DNA of 64,000 bases, taken from NCBI GenBank assembly GCA_010093815.1, contig ML996574.1. The stretch is one strand, 5' to 3'. Of the stretch, positions 37,022 to 51,385 are shown piece after piece. The notes beneath the pieces were generated by a model. That model saw only the letters and a program-made list of their open reading frames with translations. It did no database searches and was not told the DNA's origin. The first letter of the stretch is position 1. Every line of letters begins with the position of its first letter. A program made the position numbers and the translations under genes. The stretch comes from Pseudovirgaria hyperparasitica (taxonomy: Eukaryota).

Positions 37022-38340
37022 GATCAAGCTCGACTGAGCAAAAAACCTCCATGCTAGAAGCTTTGGAAAACTGCTTCTGGATCGTAGGCCGCAGCAACAT
37101 CTTCAAGCCTCTAGAACGTCCCCGATCTGTAGCTTTTCAGTGAGCCGTTCATTTTGAAGTCTTTCCTTCGGGGCATACCTGAGAGGAGTCTTTTCTGGAC
37201 CAAGCCCGATTGCCGCCGCCAGCAATGCTACTGTGCCATTTGTCGGAGGCGCAAATGCCATGACTGGATCCAGTTTCCGGAAAGGCTCATTGGCTGTAGG
37301 CCACTCTGTCCATTCTGCATAGAAGAGACCAGTGTACAGACCAGTGGGATTGAAATTCAGGAAGAAGCCCAATTTAGGATCCGCCTCCATGTACGCGTGC
37401 AGTTGTTCAACGCCCTCCAATGCCATGCTGGTTTCATTGTGAGTGTACATGACGAGAGAGTACCAGATCTGATGTAACGGAACCGTATATAGGTCAACCC
37501 GAGTTATAACTCCTGCATTGGTCTATCGTCAGTCTTTGAAGAATGCAAGTGGGGTATCGTACCGTAATTATTACCACCACCTCTCAGCAAAGAAGAGATC
37601 AGGGTTCTCGTCAGCATTAGCAGTGATAACAGTCGAGTTGGACAAAACAACCTGTGTCGGTGATCAGGCACGTTGCTGTCGAGAGAAAGTCATACTTACT
37701 TCGAATTCCTTCACGTTGTCATAGGCTAATCCGTATAGGTTCCCGAAGTATGGCATGCCTCCTAGAAGATATGAGTACAGATCACATCAGGTCGAATCAA
37801 TCTCACCTCCCAGAATAACGCCGGCGACACCCACATCGCCATCTCTTCCTCCGATAGCACTGACATTATATTTGTCCGTTGCGTTATATACATCTATAAA
37901 ACTCGCACCTAGTCCAGTACTAACAATCCCTCTAGATACATCGACTGATACTTTATCGCCGGCAGCTTCGAGGTCTATTAAGACTCCGTTTTCTATGCTC
38001 GCGAATCTGGGATTTGGGTTGTGCCCCCTGTTTCGGATAGCAAATTTGGACTGGGTGCAAGTCGCAACCTTGAGTGCCGCCAGCACCTCAGTTGTTGTTT
38101 GAACTTGAACAAAGCAAGAAGCGGGAAGCCAACAAGTTTGGGACCTTGTACATGTGAGACTCTTTCATTCATCTCGGGAGAGTTTTTACCAGTTCACATC
38201 TGTTTCAGGGGTATAAGAAGGGTTTCCAGAGCTTATAGTGCGGTTTCCAAACAATGTCTGGAATATCTTGCACGCAGCTGTGCTCTCACCAGTAGTACCT
38301 AACGTCTCCTCGGCGCCATCAATGATTGAAGCGCTTCTCT
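37022..38340 (-). pseudogene. FAD-binding (BBE/PCMH-type) oxidoreductase pseudogene
   Basis: FAIRNRGHNPN, GGRDGDVGVAGVILGG, YGLAYDNVKEFE. A frameshift at ~37585 takes the GGGNNYG motif out of frame and gives TAA. The C-terminal YDPEAVFQ...GGF is reached after an apparent large deletion and contains a stop. Start uncertain. Confidence 0.75.
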
Positions 38341-38864
38341 TGATAGTGGCAACGAGTCGCGAAGAAGCGCCTGATTCGAGATTGGGGCTATATGCCGGGA
38401 TACTGTTCAGAAGCTGGGTCGAGAGAGGATCCCCAATATGCTCTTCCTCCTTCCCAAGTTCGTAACCCACTCTAGATCCACGGTGGGCGGAAACTGAAGT
38501 GCAAATTGCAAAGTTTAAAGTTCGCGATGAGGTCGGCACGTAGTTTATGCTAGCCATGTTACTACCTGATGCAAGACCCTCCATCTAACACTATCTAACA
38601 TTCCTTTTTTTGAGATGCATCCATCCAACCTGAGTCGCCCTAAGAGAAACCAGACGCCTCCACTCCTTTCCTTACACCTATCAAAATGATAGTTCTACTC
38701 GTCTCTGTATTCCCTCGGCCTCTTCGATACTCCCCTATCGGGACGTGTTCGGAGCGGTGTGTCCCCTGCGTCAACAGCCGATTGACTTAAAAATAAAGTA
38801 AACATGTCCATCCAAACTGTCCCGTGCCATTCAAGACAATCTGCATCGCGGTGTCAATTTTCTG

Positions 38865-40157
38865 CTACTCATACATGAACCAAGCGTGTTTCCCAATTTC
38901 CGCAGCAGTGAGACGACGGCTAGGCTGAAAAACCAGGACGCTTTCGAGCAGTTGGAGAAAAATGGTGTGCTGATCTTGCAAGAGCTCCGGTACGTGTTTA
39001 CGAATTTGGGAGTCCAAGGTGCACTCTCGCTTGATCTGGTCATCAAACCACCGGTGTTTTCCTTCTATGTTCGCTAGTAGTCTTTCTTTATCGCAATATG
39101 ATTCTTGCCATTCTTCTGGTAGGGCTCCAATTGTTTCAGTGGCCATTGCCAACGCCTCCTCGTGGGAACCAAATGCTGTGAGGATTAGCGCCCGAAACGT
39201 GTAAATCTCGAACATAAGACAACCAAGAGCCCAGAGGTCAACAGCATAGGAAGGGGGGTACCCGAACTGCATCTCCGGGCTCGAGAATGACACAGGGGTT
39301 CCAAGCCCTTCAGGTACGTTGTTTCCGAAGAACGCTTCACCGAAGTCGGTTATAAGAACGTTACCAGACAGTTGTTCTATGTCGAGGCGAGAGTAGTTAA
39401 GCGCTTCGACAACATTAGTAGGAGCGAATCCTGGTGCAGGCGTGCCATCGAGGAGTAGGAGCGGAGTCGTCCTAGGCGGTTCCAAATAACGATAAATCTC
39501 ATCTGCTGTCCACTCTCGAAGACCTTTAATTTCGAAAAGCACGTTGGAATCTGTGAGATCTGGATTCTAATAAGTCAAGGGAATTTCATTCAAACCCGGG
39601 ATATAGCGCTGACCGCCGTGGCATATACCGGCTGAGTGAAGGGCTGCAAGGCCTTCAGCTAGGTTTTGGGAGGCGACTTTTTGAAATGAAAGTGGAGGTC
39701 GTTTGCAGTACATGCTTAAATGACTGAGGCTCGGCCCGCCAATATCTAATACCAAACATTGATGAACCCCATTGGGCCCGCAAATTGTAAATGTTTCGTA
39801 GAGGTTTGTGATTTGAGCGCTGGCTGCAGAATTTTTAAGATGCTTTAAGACATTCACCTCATGATCCGATGCGTCTGCTCTGAGGACTTTGAGCGCAACA
39901 TTTCGATTTTCCTCCAAATCCCGCGCCAGCCAGACGAGTGCGAAGCCTCCGTTTCCCAGTTTGTGAATGATTTTGAACTTTTGCCCAATCATATCGTTCA
40001 GGTCAATAGGGTGATGCCCACCAGGTCGATACATATTCACATCCTCGACATGGTCAAAGGCTGGACTCCGGAACAGCGACCGCTGCAGGCGTGAGGAGGA
40101 TGGCGGCGGGGGTGGCGGTGGCGGCGGTGGCGAGTTTCCAGCATTTTCAGGAGTCAT
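38865..40157 (-). CDS. SRPK-like (CMGC group) Ser/Thr protein kinase, one intron (~39560-39615)
   Basis: YRPGGHHPI, KLGNGGFALVWLARD, VALKV, ICHG|DLTDSNVLF, TDFGEA, SPE, DLWALGC. Confidence 0.88.
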
Positions 40158-40319
40158 ATTCGATGGATGAACGGGTATGAAGCAGAAAGGATCCTTGATG
40201 CTCTGAACTGGGGACTTGTTGCTTTGTATCAAGCGCGATCAAAGGATGAGAAGCGGCACGGTTTGATGCAGCCTGCAGGCGGGAGTGTCAATGGACTAGC
40301 GTACTCCGATCGGGCATAA

Positions 40320-40525
40320 ATAGAAATTATAGTTATCTCTATTTAAGTCTCTTTCTCTCGATTCTTTCTAAGATATCTACTATTTGAAGATTTTCTAGTA
40401 TAACTTATCTCTTTACTCTTTTACGCTCTATTCTTTTTATATAAAGTAAGAGTCTATATGGAAGTATAACTACATAACTCTCTAGAGTCTTAGTTCTAGA
40501 GTTGTTATAGAAATATAATTCCTTT
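40320..40525. repeat. Short AT-rich, RIP-like relic in an intergenic region
   Basis: Local TpA-rich, CpA-poor island between the kinase and ALDH genes. Confidence 0.5.
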
Positions 40526-40735
40526 TAAAAGCGGGGTGTGGGTAAAAAAACACGTGTAACACGTGCCAAGAGTTACGGATCCATCCCGATCTAGCGCAAA
40601 ACCGAACCTCAATCGGCAGGGTGGCATAAATATCAAATGTACAAAGAAACAGTTTTCATAATAGCACGCAGATTCCATCAACCCGCCTCTGGGATCTTTC
40701 CTCGCACAATAATATAACACTCCGAGCACCCCAGC

Positions 40736-42514
40736 ATGACGTTACCATCATGTCCGCTTTGGATAGCAGGTGAGGAGCGCATTACGCGACTCGGTGAACA
40801 GTTAGTCTTGCATTCACGGTGGCCCAAACCTCACTCACGACAACTTGCATGTAGAATACCAGTCGAAGATCCAGCAACCGGAGATATTATAGCTTCGTAC
40901 GTCATGTCGTCAGCTTATTCTCAGCAGTGGCAAGCTCACATTCACAGCTGTAATGGAGCATCCTCGGAAGACGTCAACGAGGCTGTGAGAGTTGCGCACG
41001 AATGTTTCAAGTCAGGTATCTGGTCGAAATCGTCGCGGGACCATAGAGCTCAAGTGCTTGAGCGGGCTGCAGATCTCTTGAATCAACGTCTGCCCAGTCT
41101 GATCTTACTTGAGTCAAGACAAACTGGTAGAGCCATTCGTGAGATGAAAGCGCAAGTTCCATCTCTGGTGCGATGGTTCAAATACTACGCAGCATTAATT
41201 AAGACCGAAGAGCGTTCTGTCCTGCCCACCACCGGGAAGTTACACAACTGGATCGACAGAAAGCCCCTTGGCGTTGTCGCCCAGATCGCGCCCTTCAACC
41301 ATCCATTACTAATCGCTGTGAAGAAGATTGCCCCGGCTTTAGCGGCAGGCAATAGTGTCATTCTGAAACCATCCGAACTCACTCCTCTGACCTCAATCGA
41401 ACTTGGAAAGATACTGCAAGAGGCTGGTCTGCCACATGGTGCATTCTCTGTACTTACAGGCTATGGTCATACCACTGGAAAAGCACTTGTTGAGCACCCA
41501 CTCATCAAAAAAGTAGACATTACAGGTGGAACTCCAGCTGGGCGCATGGTAGGTGCCATCGCCGGTCGTAATCTGGCATCATTCACTGCTGAGCTCGGCG
41601 GTAAGGCACCAGTTGTGATCTTTGAAAAGGCCGATATAGATACGGCAGTGAACGGTATAGTTTTCGCGTCGTTTATTGCCTCTGGTCAAACCTGCATTGC
41701 TGCTACTCGTATTCTTGTCGAGAAAACCATTTTGAAAGAAGTGCTCAGCAAGCTCAAGACGAAGACAAGGTCAATTGCCCAACGTATAGGCTCACCTCAA
41801 AACCCAGAATCGACAATGGGGCCGTTAATTTCAGCAAAACAGCTTTCCATTGTGGAAGACCTCGTTGATGACGCTGTGCGGAATGGTGTTTCAGTTATAG
41901 CTGGGGCAAAGAGACTGTCCGGGACGTCTGAACTTGATGGAACGGACTTTTCAAAAGGTTATTTTTACCCACCAACGATACTTACAGATAGTATAAGTTG
42001 TAACATTGTCGACACCCGCATTTGGAGGGAAGAGGCATTTGGACCCGTGATTGTTGTCATTGGGTTCGAAGGGGAGGAAGAGGCGCTCAGGCTTGCGAAC
42101 GATAGCGAGTTTGGCCTGGGGGCTGCTATCTGGACTGAAGATTTATCCCAAGCTTTCCGCTTATCAAACGACATCGACGCAGGTATCTGCTGGAGTCAGT
42201 GTCATTGTCTCGCTCTTGATGCTCTCCTGTCATGCTAATCCATCGAACAGTTAATACGCACCATCGGAACGATCCAAGCAGCCCTTGGGGCGGGGTTAAG
42301 AACTCGGGTGTGGGTGTTGAGAATGGTGTTGGTAAGTCGTCTAGGAGGACATACATGAATGAATGGGTAAATGCAACTAATGGTGTTTGTTTCAGATGCA
42401 TACCATGCCTATACCACAACCAAAAGTACTATTATCAACTACGCGACTACGGTTGAAAGACTCTCTTCAGATGACTGGTTCAGCGAAGCGAAAGCAGAAG
42501 CACGGTATGGCTAA
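40736..42514 (+). CDS. NAD(P)-dependent aldehyde dehydrogenase, ~4 introns
   Basis: PFNHP, KPSELTP, TGGT..G, catalytic ELGGK and SGQTC, EEAFGP, PWGGVKNSG. Introns near 40802, 40897, 42195 and 42332; stop 42512-42514. Confidence 0.93.
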
Positions 42515-43410
42515 TTAAAGACCAAGATACAAATACGATTGGACACATGCCAGGCGCCACTCATGTACATCCACTAATAGGTCTCTGTCATTTACCCTGA
42601 ATCATTACATACGTTGCACGGAACGTCCTATAAAGTACCTCTGGGTTTACGTGAATCACCTAGGGTCATGTGAGGGAACGATTTAAACCCCTTCAATACA
42701 CCGAACAGTCTCGTGTTTAGACGTTAGTGTGGCATGTTTATGGCTTCGAGTGATATAAAGGTGAAGCAAGCTGTTGTTCCCGCTTCATGGTCTGGTAAGT
42801 TCCCCAGAACATACTACGATGGCTTTTCCGTAGCTGCAATCGTGTCCTACCGCACGTCAATCTATTTACGCGGGCCTTGGATAGAGCACATCTCATTTGG
42901 AAAAAGGTTCCTAATGCGAAGCAGTAGAGCAAAGGAAGAGGTCAATGATTCGATGGAGCGAACATATACTCAAGCATGTCCGACTAAATCATTACGCTCT
43001 TCAACCTCTGTGCTTCGTGGTCAGCCCTCAGGACGCCTATCAACTCTTGACCGAACGTCAAGTGAGCCTTTTCCATACTCTCCCGACCAAATAAACGAGA
43101 ACATAGACACATTCACGCACATAGCATTTTGTTGCTCGCGCTTCACCGGCATCCATAGCCCTTCACCACGTTTTCGGAAACTAGGTGTCAAGCCGAATGC
43201 TAGTATACAGATCAGTGCGCGGCATTTGTTAGGCTGACAGTGCAAAGGAGCCCTAGGTAAGGGGTTTTACAAGACTAGCAGCTAGGGGCGAGGCGCCTAA
43301 TGTGCATCGAGAGCAAGTATTTGCCTGTTTGAAGTTGATAGTAAGCGGGCTTACTTTAAACACAGTCTTGGAGCATCGCCTCGAAACGAATAGTGTGAAT
43401 GATCTAGCGC

Positions 43411-45460
43411 TTAGCAGACCCTCAAACCACAGCATTCGACGCTGCCGCCATGCACAACAACCTCGCGTCCGAAGTACATTCTGGCAACGTCCGACACGAA
43501 TTCCACACTATTGGTACTCCAAACATCCAATCCCATGCGTCCAATGTCGTCTGTACCAATGTGAATTACCTCTTTATCGTCCACTTCACTCTCACCCGTT
43601 GTGTTCTCATCTGCGTCCTCAATGATGTCCACAAGTGTTGATACCAACTGACCTGTAAGACGATGGAAGTACGCGATGATCCCAGTATGAAGGCCAGCAT
43701 CCTCAGCATGTATACCTGCATGACTGGAAGAAATGCTCCTCGATTTGCCATTGCTATTGGCACGAGTGATTCCAGGCTTCATTGGTACATGGTCCACGAG
43801 ATGTCCTATAATGTGCCTTTCTTTCTCGTCTTCTTCGGCTAAAGCAGTATCGTGTTCACCAGCTGATGCCCACCACATGAAACCGGAGTAGGCTAACTGA
43901 CTCCAGGTCATAGGTTCGATCAGATTTTCATCATAGCCAGGGTCGTCCATTGATGATTCTCTTGATGTGGCAGACTGAAGAATTGAGCGTGAGTAATCGT
44001 CTTCGGGGTCTTCGCTATCATTTTCATCATCGTCGCCATCTTCATATGTCGTTACTGAATCGCGGATCTTGGTAAATTCACTGTGAAGTAAGTTCCACCG
44101 ACGAAGATCTCGTTGCGTAGCCTTGATAACAGAGCCATCAGCTGTCCTGATTATCGGCCACCCTCTTTGTTCTGGTACGTGTTCGGAAACCGGAGGCAAC
44201 TCAACCATAATATCGTACAGCTCTTTCTTCAGCGCAAGTATTTCGTCGGTTGTGCATGCGAGGAATCCAAACGGTCCGTAGGTGTGGTCACCTTCATCTG
44301 CTGGCCGCTCTCTCATGGCTTCCCTTATCGCTGTAGCCTCTCTCTCTAGTAACGGTATGTCATGAATGCCAATCTGAAAAAGAGGTCGTATCCTCTGCAG
44401 TCTTTCTGTATCTTGCGAGAGTAATTCTGAGAGAGACGAAGGCATGTTGGAAAGTATAGATATATCAAAGACTTAGATCTTGTTAGTTGAGGTTTAGTAG
44501 TAAGTGGCAGTAACGTACCAAACTCGCATGCTCGCTTTACAGGTGGAGCCGTCATGAGCACTATCCGTTTCCTTAGCAATGCTACTCTCCACAGAGGAAA
44601 TATGAGGGGCCCAAAAGTGTCCACAAATTCCATCATAGACAAAGCAGGGTGAAATAAAGGAAGTGTCTTGTCGTCAGTAATGACGTTGATCAGGTTCGAT
44701 AACGCTCGTCTTCGGCTATGCTGTTTTGGCGAAGTGTTTCCAAGACTCCCATTAGATATCTCTGTAACATGTGCTTCGTCCTCGACATACGCCTTGTGTT
44801 CCTCCCAAAATTGTTCGAGAATGTCTGTTCGTAAACAATCGTGCGCCAAGATGCTGTAGATGTATCAGCAAATGCCAGGCTTTAGATTCCAAGACTAACC
44901 GAGCCATGTCGCGGAGTCGCTGAGCATGCAACCAGCCTCTGCCAAGTCTAGCATTGCCGTTACTCAACGGAATAAGGATCCCGACTGCAACCAGTGCTGC
45001 ATTTCGCTCTTCCTCCCCTGCCGGCGCATTCACAAAAGCGCTAAGCCCGGCATACTGGTCTTCAACAAAGTATCTTCTAGGGTCTCAGTTCATGAGCGTA
45101 TACTTATGCCTGAAAGCTTACACCAGATCCTCTTTCACTCCGTGCAGGCCAGAAGGAAGCGATTTGAACTCGACCGAGCCATCAAGCGGTACTGCGTCAA
45201 GCCATGTCAGCGTAATGTTAATGATTAGTCCACAGTTGATACATACCACCAGGCGCGCTCCGTTTCCAAGTAATGGTATAGCTAGCGCATATCAGGCTGG
45301 GCAGGCTCTCGACGTGCAAGTGTTGTAATCGGTGAACTATGCCCACTTACCCAATCTTTAGATCGAACTTGATCAGGAAAGCCGCGGAGAGAGGTGGCGG
45401 CCCGGATGGGTCCAAGGCCGCTGACTTAATCATGCTCACATCATCGTGTTGAATAGCCAT
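43411..45460 (-). CDS. DENN-related Anr2/DENND11-like protein (DUF2347/DUF4484 type), multi-exon
   Basis: FLIKFDLKIG, VEFKSLPSGLH, YAGLSAFVN, RLGRGWLH, HPALSM..F...FGPLIFPLWR.ALLRKR, WSQLAYSGFMWWASAG, IIAYFHRLT, MGLDVWS. Confidence 0.8.
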
Positions 45461-45750
45461 TATCTCTGGGGCATCGTAGGGGTGGCATAGATGCGTGACA
45501 TGGGAACAGTTGGATTGTTGATTCACGGCAATGGATGCGCCAAGATGAGTACCACTTCAACATGGTAGGTGGTTCGAGGGCAATATTAGGGCTAGGCTTA
45601 ATCCGGCCTGTGGTGTGGGGATTCCATTCCAAAGCACTGCACGAAACACCGCCTGAAGTCAAGGTTTATCTATGGTGTATAGTCGTTATTCTTAAACGGT
45701 GCTAACTGATCTAGAAGCGTACATGATCACGCAAGCAGAGCTGACCGGCT

Positions 45751-48700
45751 TTACTGTAACATACTATCAAGGCTTTCCCCCAAAGTCTCCTCGATCATCT
45801 TAATCCATCTCTGTGTCTCTTTTTCCACATCCTCATCATCATCTTCTTGTAATTCGGCAATGAAAGGTATCATCTCTGCTAATAGACCCAGCCAATCTTC
45901 TCCAAGAGTCTCGGTCAAACATTGTTCACACCTGACTGCAGCAAGACGGATTGCTGGATTGTCTGAGCGGAACATCTGCATGATGAACGAGTTCAGTTCC
46001 TTGAGCAGGTCTGCTGACGATGCGGCACTTGCTAGAGCCGTTACAGTGGGAATAATGAGGGCAGAAACTTTCGTCGGCAGAGTCTTAGCTAAAAGGCCCG
46101 TGATAGGGCCTGCTAGAGCGGTGAAATGTGACGGGGATTGCCAAAAATCTGTAGGAGTCAATAATGTTGCACATGGTTGTGAATCATCATGCTTACCATC
46201 TTCGTCGTGTTCGAAGCTCTTCTGGAGCGCTCGCAGAACGTTTCCAGTCAGCTTCTCACCTTCTGGTCCGGAGACAGGGTTTATCAAGATATGTGCAGAA
46301 TGGTCTAGGACTGAGCCAGAATAATTTGTGACAATCGATCTCAAGCGATCGAAGAAGATGATCAAGAAGCTATAGAAGCTGATTGACCGGCGCATACGGC
46401 CTGACTGGTCCTTACTGGACAGATCCGTTTGCGCCCAAGCAGCGAAACGGGAGAAGAAGGGTCGAAACGTGGCATCGTTAAGTTTCAGGACCATAGAGAT
46501 GGTAGCATCAGTAATGAAACGCTCAATAGCTTCGACTTCTTCCTCATCAAGTTTGCGTTTCTCTGAAGCTGTCGCATTCGTGTTTCGCAGGTCAAACCCT
46601 TGAAGCAAAGCCTGAAACAAAGCCTCGCTGTTCTTCAAAACGACTGACTTCGTGCTGTTTTTAAGTGACATATCTAGTGCCTTAATATGTTCTAGTAGGC
46701 CCAGGTATCCTGAATTGACGGCGCTAGGCCAAGTTTGGTTCAGAGCCTGAAACCGTTCCTTTGGTTCAACTACTGTGCTCAGCAGTAGATAGAATTGACG
46801 GCGCCACTGTTCTGTCTCCTCCTCTCCTTCATCGCTTGCTGCAGATCTATGTGAGAGCTCTAGCGCTGCTTTAATGTAATCGCCGATGAAGATGAAGGGC
46901 AGATGCTCAACCACTGCGCAAATGAGACCGTATGCAGCATTTTGGAGCGATGAATTTGAGGTTAAGCCCTCACGGAGCTGATCAAACGCAATGGATAAAG
47001 TTGCCGGAACCAAAGGAATAAAAGAGTTTCCAAGTACCTCAACGATCGACGACAAGCAATGTAATGCGATAATCTTAAGGCGCACGTTGCTTGACTTCAG
47101 TATTTGAGATCCCAGAATTGTTCGTCCCGTGCTCAAGATTGCATCGCTGTCTTTCTTCCCGAATGATGTTGATATCTGATCAACACAAGCTATGGCTAGC
47201 TCTTTTAGTGTAAGATTGCTTGAATCATCCAAAATCCGAAGTACTTGTGGTAGAAAAGCTATGTATTCCCGGACAGCTCGCAGGTCCTTGTGTTTCACTG
47301 CTTTTGCTCGTGTTTGAATAGCTTTCAAGGCGGTTCGCTTGATATCTTCATCTGATCGAGAAAGTAGTTCTTGCGCAATTCTTACGAGTTCGATTGGAGG
47401 TGGTAGATTCAAAGTTGCGAGAATGACCTGTCGAGATATGGAAAGCATATCTTTCTGTGACGCAAGTGTTGATGAAATTGCAATAGCTTTTTCAATCAGA
47501 GTAATCGTGGCTTTCCTTACGGCTTTCTCGTGGTCTCCACCATCTTTGAAAGCTTTGGCAAGAGGCCCGCGAAGGCTCGTGTTGTCCGCTGACCTGCCAA
47601 TGTTCAGAAGGAGATTTTCGAATGTTTTGGTAGACTCTTGAGGACTCTTCTCATTGAGATTAAATAATGCATCTCCTAGCTGTCTCTTTGTTTTTGGTTT
47701 CATGGCGTCCTCGAGTATATCCAATGATTGTTTTAGCGCGTTCATGGCAATCAAAGGATCAAAGAGACGTAGCAACTCAGGTATAAATCGTTGCACGGTA
47801 GTATCGACCGGATGTCGGTCGAACAGGAGAGTCAGGGTAGGCGCAAGTGCATCATCCGGCCCAAGGGTCTCAATAAGCTGACTGAAAAGATTAAGACGAC
47901 GATGGGATGGGATATGCTCGAAAGCTGCTGTGAAGCTCAATAGTAGCTCAGCTATTCCCAAAACGAAATTGCGGTTTTTCTTGCGGAGAGAAGCAGCCAA
48001 GGGAGGGACAATACACCGAACAGTCTAGTAGTGAACATTAGCATACTCGAAAAGGTACGTTCAGAGGAGTGCATGTACCTGATCAATAACGTGGGCCGTG
48101 TAGTCATCGCCCTGTCGAAGTAACGTCGACCCCATGAAAGTAAATATTGGCATAACGCTATGAAGAACCGTCTCAGGAAGCCACGAGGCCAAGCTAGAGA
48201 TGAGTAGTAAAGCTGCATTTTGGACCTGGGGGCCATTGGTGCGGCGCACACAGTCGACCAGTAAGTCGGCCCTGATGACAGAAGGGTCAAACCCGGATGG
48301 GGATGTTCCCTACTCAAGTCAGTATGCTAGACTTGCATGATCATTTGATTTGGCGTACCTTGGCTGCGTTGACTATTGATAGCAATGACCCAATGTTTAA
48401 ATTCTGTAGATAGACCATGTTCGAGTTTGAGACTGTTCGGTAATGCTGAAGCTCACCAAGGACGTAGAACAAGCCCTTGAGTAACTCGACATGGCCTTCT
48501 TGTTTGGAATTGTCGACTATCTCCAGTATGATAGTGACACGTCTCAAGTTTATGCTAAGCTGGTCGGCAGGCAACGGTCGCGAATCTGAAAGTTTTTGCC
48601 TTTTCATTGCCTCTGGGGATCCACTGGGCTCTTGACGACGCTTTCTGGCTACCTGGTTGGGCGAACCTACGTCCTCCGAAGGTTGGCCTACTATCTTGTA

Positions 48701-51385
48701 TTCGTGGCCAGTGCACGGAGGGATACTTTCCAAGAGGCCCACTAAGGTATGAACTGGAAGTGGCACCGCCCGTATGATTTCAAGAGCAGCTCCGGATGAG
48801 TTGATCTGACTTGACTCATTGGAAGACTTGAGACTGAGATCTAGAAGAAAGGTCGCCATTGCATCTCTCGCAGAAGCCTTCATCTGGGGCCAAAGCTCCT
48901 TGACTCGTTCAAAAGCTCTCTCCAACGTTTCTGCTCTTGCTTTGAGTGCATCTCCCGATAAAATTGATCGCAGCAATTGCATCGCCCCATTATCACGAGG
49001 ATGTATCACAGTCAAATGTTGCTCGTCAACCTTTCGGAGGTCCAGATGCTCTTGTGTAGCGAGCTGACGTGCCGTCTTCTCCTTCAAGCTAAACCAGCTG
49101 CGCGCAGAAGGGATGAGATACTTCGAGCGGGCGTAAGCGGCAGATTTCCCGATCGAGTGGATCATGTCATAAACATTGATCCGCACTCTTAACGGAGATT
49201 TTGTAGCATGGCTGGCAAGAAAATTCGCCAGGGAAGTGCGGAGCGCAGATTTGAGTTCTATTGTCGTTTCCGCTTTCATTTCTGTCTTGTCCTTGCCAGA
49301 CAGTGCCAATTTGATCAATTGCCGAATGCGAGCTTCATCAAGAATACATTCTTCCAGGTATGGTGTCAGAACTAAGCTTGCAACCTTTAATGCATCGTCC
49401 AATAACAACCATTCCAGTCCAGCTTTGCCGTCTGGATATATACTGGTCCCCCAAAACTTGACGCCATTATTCTTTTTTGCAAGCTTGAGCGCTTTCTCAA
49501 AAGCGATCGTGGCTTCTGAGGCCGATCGACGGACAGTTGGTGATTCATCGGCCAACGCATTCAGCAAGTATGGTATGAGAATCTGAGGGTCAGCTCGGCC
49601 GGCCATAGTATTAAGACACTTAGTGATTTGCGTCCAGGCCGAACCTCGGACCACTGCAGGGTACTGTGTTGAGGTCATGTGTAGTAGCAGAGCGTTCATG
49701 AACTCGTTTTCTTTGTCCTGATAAGACGCAAGGCATGGGAGTGACATGATCACATCTGGTGTTTTCCTGATAGCGACTGCTAAAACGTAAGCGCGAGCAA
49801 ATTCCTTGAACAATGGCATCCCGACGACTTCTATGAGAGCTGTTGGTAGCGTCTCCGGTTCCGCATTTTGAAGCATGCCCAACAGAATATTAAGTTGACC
49901 CTCACGAGTATCTGCTCCGTCCTCTTCCGTCATATCCACGTCACCCATATTCACATCCTGTAATCCGGTCGAGATGGATAAGACTTGTCCGAGCTTTAGT
50001 TCCAATGTATCCACATCCGTGCTTTCCCCGTCTAATATTGACTGAATAAGTTTCGGACCGGCTGTATTCGATATCTGGTTGAGCATCGACGCAAGAGAAT
50101 GTCCAATGGCAGGCGAGTAGGCGGGGTCCTTCGATGCAAGGCGAACGACAGCTTTGAGTATGGGTTTGAGGTGATTGTCTACAATTAGACCGCGACTGAT
50201 CAGATTACCCACAAGCTCGATTCGAGCTTCATCAAGATTAGCTGGTTTTTCAAGGATACCGAGGATGACACCGAGAGAGAGTCGGTCGACTCGACATTGT
50301 TGGGACACAGCGGCTAACTTCAGATCTAGATTCGCAATCTTGAGAGATCGTTTGAGCACTTTCTTGGGAAGTCTCGTTGCTTTTCGTTCTTGTGCGATCA
50401 CTGCAAGACAAACGAGGCAGCTGTCCTCGATTGCGTCCTGGTGACTACTCATAGCAGCTTCCAGCATACCATCCAAAACCCTATCCTCAAGAATGGTCTT
50501 GGACACGAAGACCATGATTACCATATAGCACGCTACCATCATTTCCTGGCAGTGCTTAAAAGACAATCCCTCATTGAGAACTGGAAGAATAAACATTAAT
50601 ATGTCCTCCTCTTTCTGTCGCTGCACAACTCCTCGCCCAGAGCGCGCCATCGTAACCATGCTATCTAGAGCTTGGGTCGCCAGACTCGCCCAGAATGATA
50701 ACAAGATCGGAGACTGCTGATGCTCCCGTACCAATTTGAGAGTGTAGCTATTTATAGCTGAGAACAGGGGCCTATTGGTCGTTGCAGCTGATGTGATTGC
50801 CGTTCGCGGTGGATTCTGATACGAAGCAAGATAGGGTTGTAGGAATCTATACGAATGCGGCAGGTGGCGTGGTATTATCGATAGGAGCGTCTGGAAAATG
50901 GGAGTCTCGTGGTATGGGAGGAAAGTTGTCAAAGTATACTCTATGTTGTGTTCGTGTATTCTCGGGAATGATTAGCATGACATGAGGGCCGGCGTCCTAT
51001 GTGCTTACCGAAACCTCCGCACTAACCACTCTACAGCTTTCAGTGCAGGTTTAAGCAGAAGTCTGCCGCTGACCTGACCAAGGAAGCTTTCGATAACGTT
51101 GTCCAAATTCCTATTCTCCTCTGCAGTCATCTGCATCCTGTCCTCGGTCTTGCTCTGATCGCTGAAGAGATTCTTCGAGAATGAGGCGAAAGCATTGTCG
51201 ATAGAGCATAGCTCTTTAAACCCTTCTACACAAATCTGAAAGATCGTATCAAAGTCCTGCGACACTGCGATTTTCGGATCGAACAGCAATGATTTTCCAT
51301 GAGCCGTCCGCTGCGCTTTGAGGTCAAGTGTATTGGTGGTGTTCGCGTTAATAGCAGCCAGTTGCTGCTGGAGAGTTGTCGCCAT
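45751..51385 (-). CDS. UTP10: U3 snoRNA-associated protein 10 (HEATR1), multi-exon
   Basis: N-terminal MATTLQQQLAAI...KSLLFDPK.A..QDFDTIF, LEWLVRRF-type motif, FLPYHETPIF, BP28CT-like MVLKLNDATFRPFF, C-terminal LLAEMIPFIAELQEDDDEDVE...IEETLGESL. Confidence 0.95.

Noticed and set aside
42734..43435. ORFs between ALDH and the Anr2-like gene (e.g. 42734-43237)
   Set aside because: No recognisable motifs; likely 3'UTR/intergenic chance ORFs.
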